Shown here in pieces: positions 29,625 to 33,202 of a DNA stretch of 33,202 nucleotides. Each line of letters begins with the position of its first letter. The stretch's first letter is position 1. The notes beneath the pieces are model-generated. The model saw only the letters and a program-made list of their open reading frames with translations, searched no databases and was not told the DNA's origin. The stretch is from sequence record DRR378314_2519; one strand, 5' to 3'. Both the position numbers and the translations under genes were made by a program.

Positions 29625-29662
29625 ATTACTAGTCAATTTGCAGTTAAGCAATATCGCAAAAA

Positions 29663-30112
29663 TTATTCTTTAATCGCAAAGCTACCTTGCATAATCGCTG
29701 AGTGGCCTGGGAAGGTGCAGAAGAATTTATAATCAGTGTCTGCACTCATACCTTCTGTTGAAAACGTCACTGACGTTTGTTCACCACCACCAACAACATC
29801 TGTTGCAGCAATTACGGCATCAGAATCTGGTACATAGTTGTTATCCATACCTGCTGACATGCCTTGTTGTACAACAGACTGCATGTCGCCAGCTTCACTC
29901 AGTACCCAGTTATGGCCCATAACTTTTTTATCCAGTTTACCTGTGTGATGCAGGGTTACTGTTACTTCGTCACAGCTAGCTGGTACGGACATTTCTTTTG
30001 TATCAAATCTCATGTTGTCATTGCTATCTATGGAGAGTTCACATTCGTTCGCCTGCGCGGCGTTTGCGACAAACAGCATAGAACCCAGTAGTGCGGAAAT
30101 TATGTAACGCAT
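29663..30112 (-). CDS. azu: Azurin (type 1 blue copper protein)
   Basis: Signal peptide; N-terminal Cys pair; MGHNWVL and FFCTFPGHSAIM carry the His, Cys, His and Met copper ligands; SD AGAGG. Confidence 0.96.
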   Translation of the reverse strand: MRYIISALLGSMLFVANAAQANECELSIDSNDNMRFDTKEMSVPASCDEVTVTLHHTGKLDKKVMGHNWVLSEAGDMQSVVQQGMSAGMDNNYVPDSDAVIAATDVVGGGEQTSVTFSTEGMSADTDYKFFCTFPGHSAIMQGSFAIKE

Positions 30113-30197
30113 TGCAATACCTCTTCAGTTAGTATGAAATGATTCCATTCTTATATACGTGATATCTCGCATTGAGATTACTTTAACGAGAATTTAT

Positions 30198-31349
30198 ATG
30201 ACGAAACTTCCTTTTTCGCCGCAATCACTCCTTGCTCAGGGTGGTAGTCACTCTGACAACGAAAATGGAGTAATTATCCCTCCAGTATACACATCAACGA
30301 CTTATCTGCGTGATGACGACAATCAATATCGTAGCGGCCGGGTGTATTCAAGGGCTGACAATCCCACTTATCGCCCCGCAGAAAAGCTGTTGGCAGAGTT
30401 AGAAAATGCGGCAGATGCTCGTCTGTTCGCCTCGGGCATGGCCGCCGCTACCGCTGTTTTTCAGGCTTTGAAACCCGGCGACTCGGTCATTGCTCCCAAA
30501 GTGATGTACTGGGCTTTGCGCAAATGGCTACAAACTTTTGGTGTCGATAGCGGACTTGATCTTCGGTTTGTAGATACCACGAATTTAAATGAGTTACGCG
30601 ACGCTATTGCGGAAAAAAAGCCTACACTTATTTGGCTGGAAACGCCGGGTAACCCTTTGTGGACAGTGACTGATATTGCCGCCGTAGCTCATATGGCTCG
30701 CAATTGCGGAGCTCTGCTTGCAATAGATTCCACAGTGGCAACCCCACTGCTGACTAAGCCGTTGGATCTTGGTGCCGATATTGTCATGCATTCCGCCACC
30801 AAATACCTAAACGGCCACTCCGATGTCATTTCAGGCGCACTGGCTGCTCGTGAAGATAACGCGTTCTGGCAGCGCTTAGTCGCCATTCGTGCTCAGTCCG
30901 GAGCTGTTCCGGGGCCACAGGACGCAGCGCAGCTTTTACGCGGTATGCGCACCCTGTTTTTACGCGTTAGGGAAAGTTGTCAAAGTGCGTTATATATTGC
31001 AGAGCGACTTGAGCAGCACCCACAGGTCATTGAAGTATTGTATCCCGGCCTAAAAAGCTTTGTCGGCCACGAGATAGCCGTTAAGCAAATGCAGGGCGGC
31101 TTCGGCGGTATGCTGTCTATTCGTTTAGCGGGTGGCGAGAAAGCAGCGATTGCGGTTGCGGCTAAAACTCAGCTCTGGCACCGCGCTACGTCATTAGGTG
31201 GCGTAGAAAGCCTGATTGAACATCGCGCCAGCATCGAAGGGCCGGACACACCGGTGCCGCTGGATTTATTACGTTTATCGGTAGGTATTGAAAACGCCGA
31301 CGACCTGCTGAGCGATTTACAGCAGGCTATCGATTTAGCTCATGCTTAA
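30198..31349 (+). CDS. Cys/Met metabolism PLP-dependent enzyme (cystathionine gamma-synthase/lyase family)
   Basis: [26 protein letters not shown]-lysine motif [23 protein letters not shown] and LLRLSVGIE. Start placed at ATG 30198. Confidence 0.93.
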   Translation: MTKLPFSPQSLLAQGGSHSDNENGVIIPPVYTSTTYLRDDDNQYRSGRVYSRADNPTYRPAEKLLAELENAADARLFASGMAAATAVFQALKPGDSVIAPKVMYWALRKWLQTFGVDSGLDLRFVDTTNLNELRDAIAEKKPTLIWLETPGNPLWTVTDIAAVAHMARNCGALLAIDSTVATPLLTKPLDLGADIVMHSATKYLNGHSDVISGALAAREDNAFWQRLVAIRAQSGAVPGPQDAAQLLRGMRTLFLRVRESCQSALYIAERLEQHPQVIEVLYPGLKSFVGHEIAVKQMQGGFGGMLSIRLAGGEKAAIAVAAKTQLWHRATSLGGVESLIEHRASIEGPDTPVPLDLLRLSVGIENADDLLSDLQQAIDLAHA

Positions 31350-33034
31350 ATGCTAACCCGTTTATAGAAACGGTATTCCGGTTTCCAGAAATTGTTGTCG
31401 ATGCGCTCACGCAGCGTATCGTCATCAATTTCCAGTGCTAAACCTTCCTGTTGAGCCACTTTACCCACAGCAAAAGCAATGTCTTTACTTAACTGAGTTA
31501 AGTCGTTAAAGGCCGGCAACAAGGCCTCACCTTTACCATTAGCGCTGGGCGACGCATTAGCCAGTGTTTTACTTGCCACACGCAGCATTTCATCGCTCAC
31601 CCGCTCAGACTTAACCGCTAATACCCCCAGACCAATACCCGGGAAGATATAACTGTTGTTACACTGCGCTATTGGGTATATACGGCCGTCATACTCTACT
31701 TCTCCAAACGGGCTTCCGGTTGCGACAATAGCCCGGCCCTCGCTCCATTTCAGTACGTCCGTAGGGTGCGCTTCCACATGTTTAGAAGGGTTACTCAATG
31801 GAAAAATAATGGGACGTTCGACATTTTTTGCCATGGTTGAAACAACTTGCTCAGTAAAGAGCCCTGCCTGACCCGACACACCAATTAAAATGTCAGGCTC
31901 AGCGCAATGCATTACGTCCAGCAACGATGGGTAGTCACCACTGTATTCCCAGTTGCTTAAATCGCCGGTTTTCTGCGCCAGCGCCTGCTGGAAGTCACGC
32001 AAACCATCCATGGTGTCCATGACCAGACCAAAGCGATCTACCATGAAAATTTGTTGCTTCGCTTGTTCTTCAGTTAAGCCTTCGGCGGTCATCTGAATCA
32101 TAATCTGTTCTGCAATACCGCAGCCCGCAGAACCAGCTCCAACAAACACCACCTTCTGTTCGCTAAGTTTTTTACCTTTTTGACGGCAAGCCGCCAGCAA
32201 GGTGCCCACAGTCACAGACGCGGTGCCCTGAATGTCGTCATTAAAACAGCAAACTTCATCACGGTAACGACGCAATAAAGGCATGGCGTTCGGTTGAGCA
32301 AAGTCCTCAAACTGCAGCATCACGCCCGGCCAGCGTCTGGTCACCGCTTTTATAAATTTGTCCAGGAACTCATCATACTCGTCCTGTTCAATACGCTTAT
32401 GGCGGGCTCCCATATACATGGGGTCTTCCAGCAGTTTTTCGTTATTGGTACCAACATCCAGCATCACCGGTAGCGTATACGCTGGGCTAATACCACCACA
32501 AGCGGTGTACAGCGACAGCTTCCCGATAGGAATACCCATGCCACCAATACCCTGATCACCTAAGCCCAGAATGCGTTCTCCGTCGGTAACAACAATGACC
32601 TTAACCTTCTGCTTCGTCGCATTGCGCAGAATATCGTCTATCTGGTCACGTTCAGAATATGAAATAAACAAACCGCGTGAGCTGCGGTAAATGTCAGAGA
32701 ATTTCTCACAGGCATCACCCACAGTCGGGGTGTAGATAATCGGCATCATCTCTTCCAGATGATCCGTCAGCAAGCGATAGAACAGAGTTTCGTTGTTGTC
32801 CTGAATAGCGCGCAGATAAATATGCTTGTTAATGGGCGTTTCAAAGCTCCGGTATTGCATGTAAGCCCGTTCTGCCTGCTCTTCAATGCTCTCATAACGA
32901 GGCGGCAACAAACCCGTCAGGTTAAACGCGGCACGCTCTTCCTTACTGAAGGCACTGCCCTTATTCAATAAAGGGGTTTCCAACAAATTAGGGCCAGAAT
33001 ACGGAATATAAAGCGGACGCTGCGTCTGCGGCAT
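31346..33034 (-). CDS. maeA: NAD-dependent malic enzyme
   Basis: [56 protein letters not shown] and PLSNPS; SD AGGAG. Confidence 0.97.
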   Translation of the reverse strand: MPQTQRPLYIPYSGPNLLETPLLNKGSAFSKEERAAFNLTGLLPPRYESIEEQAERAYMQYRSFETPINKHIYLRAIQDNNETLFYRLLTDHLEEMMPIIYTPTVGDACEKFSDIYRSSRGLFISYSERDQIDDILRNATKQKVKVIVVTDGERILGLGDQGIGGMGIPIGKLSLYTACGGISPAYTLPVMLDVGTNNEKLLEDPMYMGARHKRIEQDEYDEFLDKFIKAVTRRWPGVMLQFEDFAQPNAMPLLRRYRDEVCCFNDDIQGTASVTVGTLLAACRQKGKKLSEQKVVFVGAGSAGCGIAEQIMIQMTAEGLTEEQAKQQIFMVDRFGLVMDTMDGLRDFQQALAQKTGDLSNWEYSGDYPSLLDVMHCAEPDILIGVSGQAGLFTEQVVSTMAKNVERPIIFPLSNPSKHVEAHPTDVLKWSEGRAIVATGSPFGEVEYDGRIYPIAQCNNSYIFPGIGLGVLAVKSERVSDEMLRVASKTLANASPSANGKGEALLPAFNDLTQLSKDIAFAVGKVAQQEGLALEIDDDTLRERIDNNFWKPEYRFYKRVSI

Positions 33035-33110
33035 AAGTACAAACTCCTGAAAGCAAAAGTAATACGAATATCATAACATCAACGCCACACCGGTTGCTAT
33101 TCCAGCTGGC

Positions 33111-33202
33111 TCAGAGCAGGGGAAGCAGTGCTGATAGGTAATTCGGCTGAGATAATAGAACCCGGGCTTCAGGAGACGCTGCAAGTTCATCCATGAACGC
33201 TT
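33111..33202 (-). CDS. Probable 3' end of an upstream gene truncated by the window edge
   Basis: An open minus-strand frame from the edge reads AFMDELAASPEARVLLSQPNYLSALLPLL-stop. It is too short to identify. Confidence 0.45.
   Translation of the reverse strand, partial: AFMDELAASPEARVLLSQPNYLSALLPLL

Noticed and set aside
24936-30112. TerB, RND pump and azurin as a horizontally acquired metal-resistance island
   Set aside because: There is no integrase, transposase, tRNA or flanking direct repeat, no obvious compositional shift by eye, and the RND looks AcrB-like rather than CusA/CzcA-like.

Overview
A gene-dense chromosomal window from a marine gammaproteobacterium. Gene content (argH-argA fusion, acidic exported proteins, moderate GC) suggests Alteromonadales, most plausibly Idiomarina; this assignment is inference. 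In order, it holds: a lipoprotein plus TonB-dependent receptor pair under a near-canonical PhoB promoter; an exported MBL-fold hydrolase; the divergent argE / argCBFGH(A) operon with tandem ARG boxes; a chemoreceptor; a GTAG-type REP cluster; the glyoxylate shunt genes aceB-aceA, with convergent aceK and a LysR regulator; a large beta-propeller/amidohydrolase; an orphan GAF histidine kinase with a TerB-like gene; an RND pump with its MFP; azurin; a Cys/Met PLP enzyme; and NAD-malic enzyme. Two observations stand out. First, argE is split by a single in-frame TAG at 11702-11704, exactly at a conserved Tyr codon. Second, the Pho-box-controlled surface lipoprotein/TBDR module is a candidate uncharacterised phosphorus-scavenging system. 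I saw no rRNA, tRNA, CRISPR array, transposase or prophage genes.
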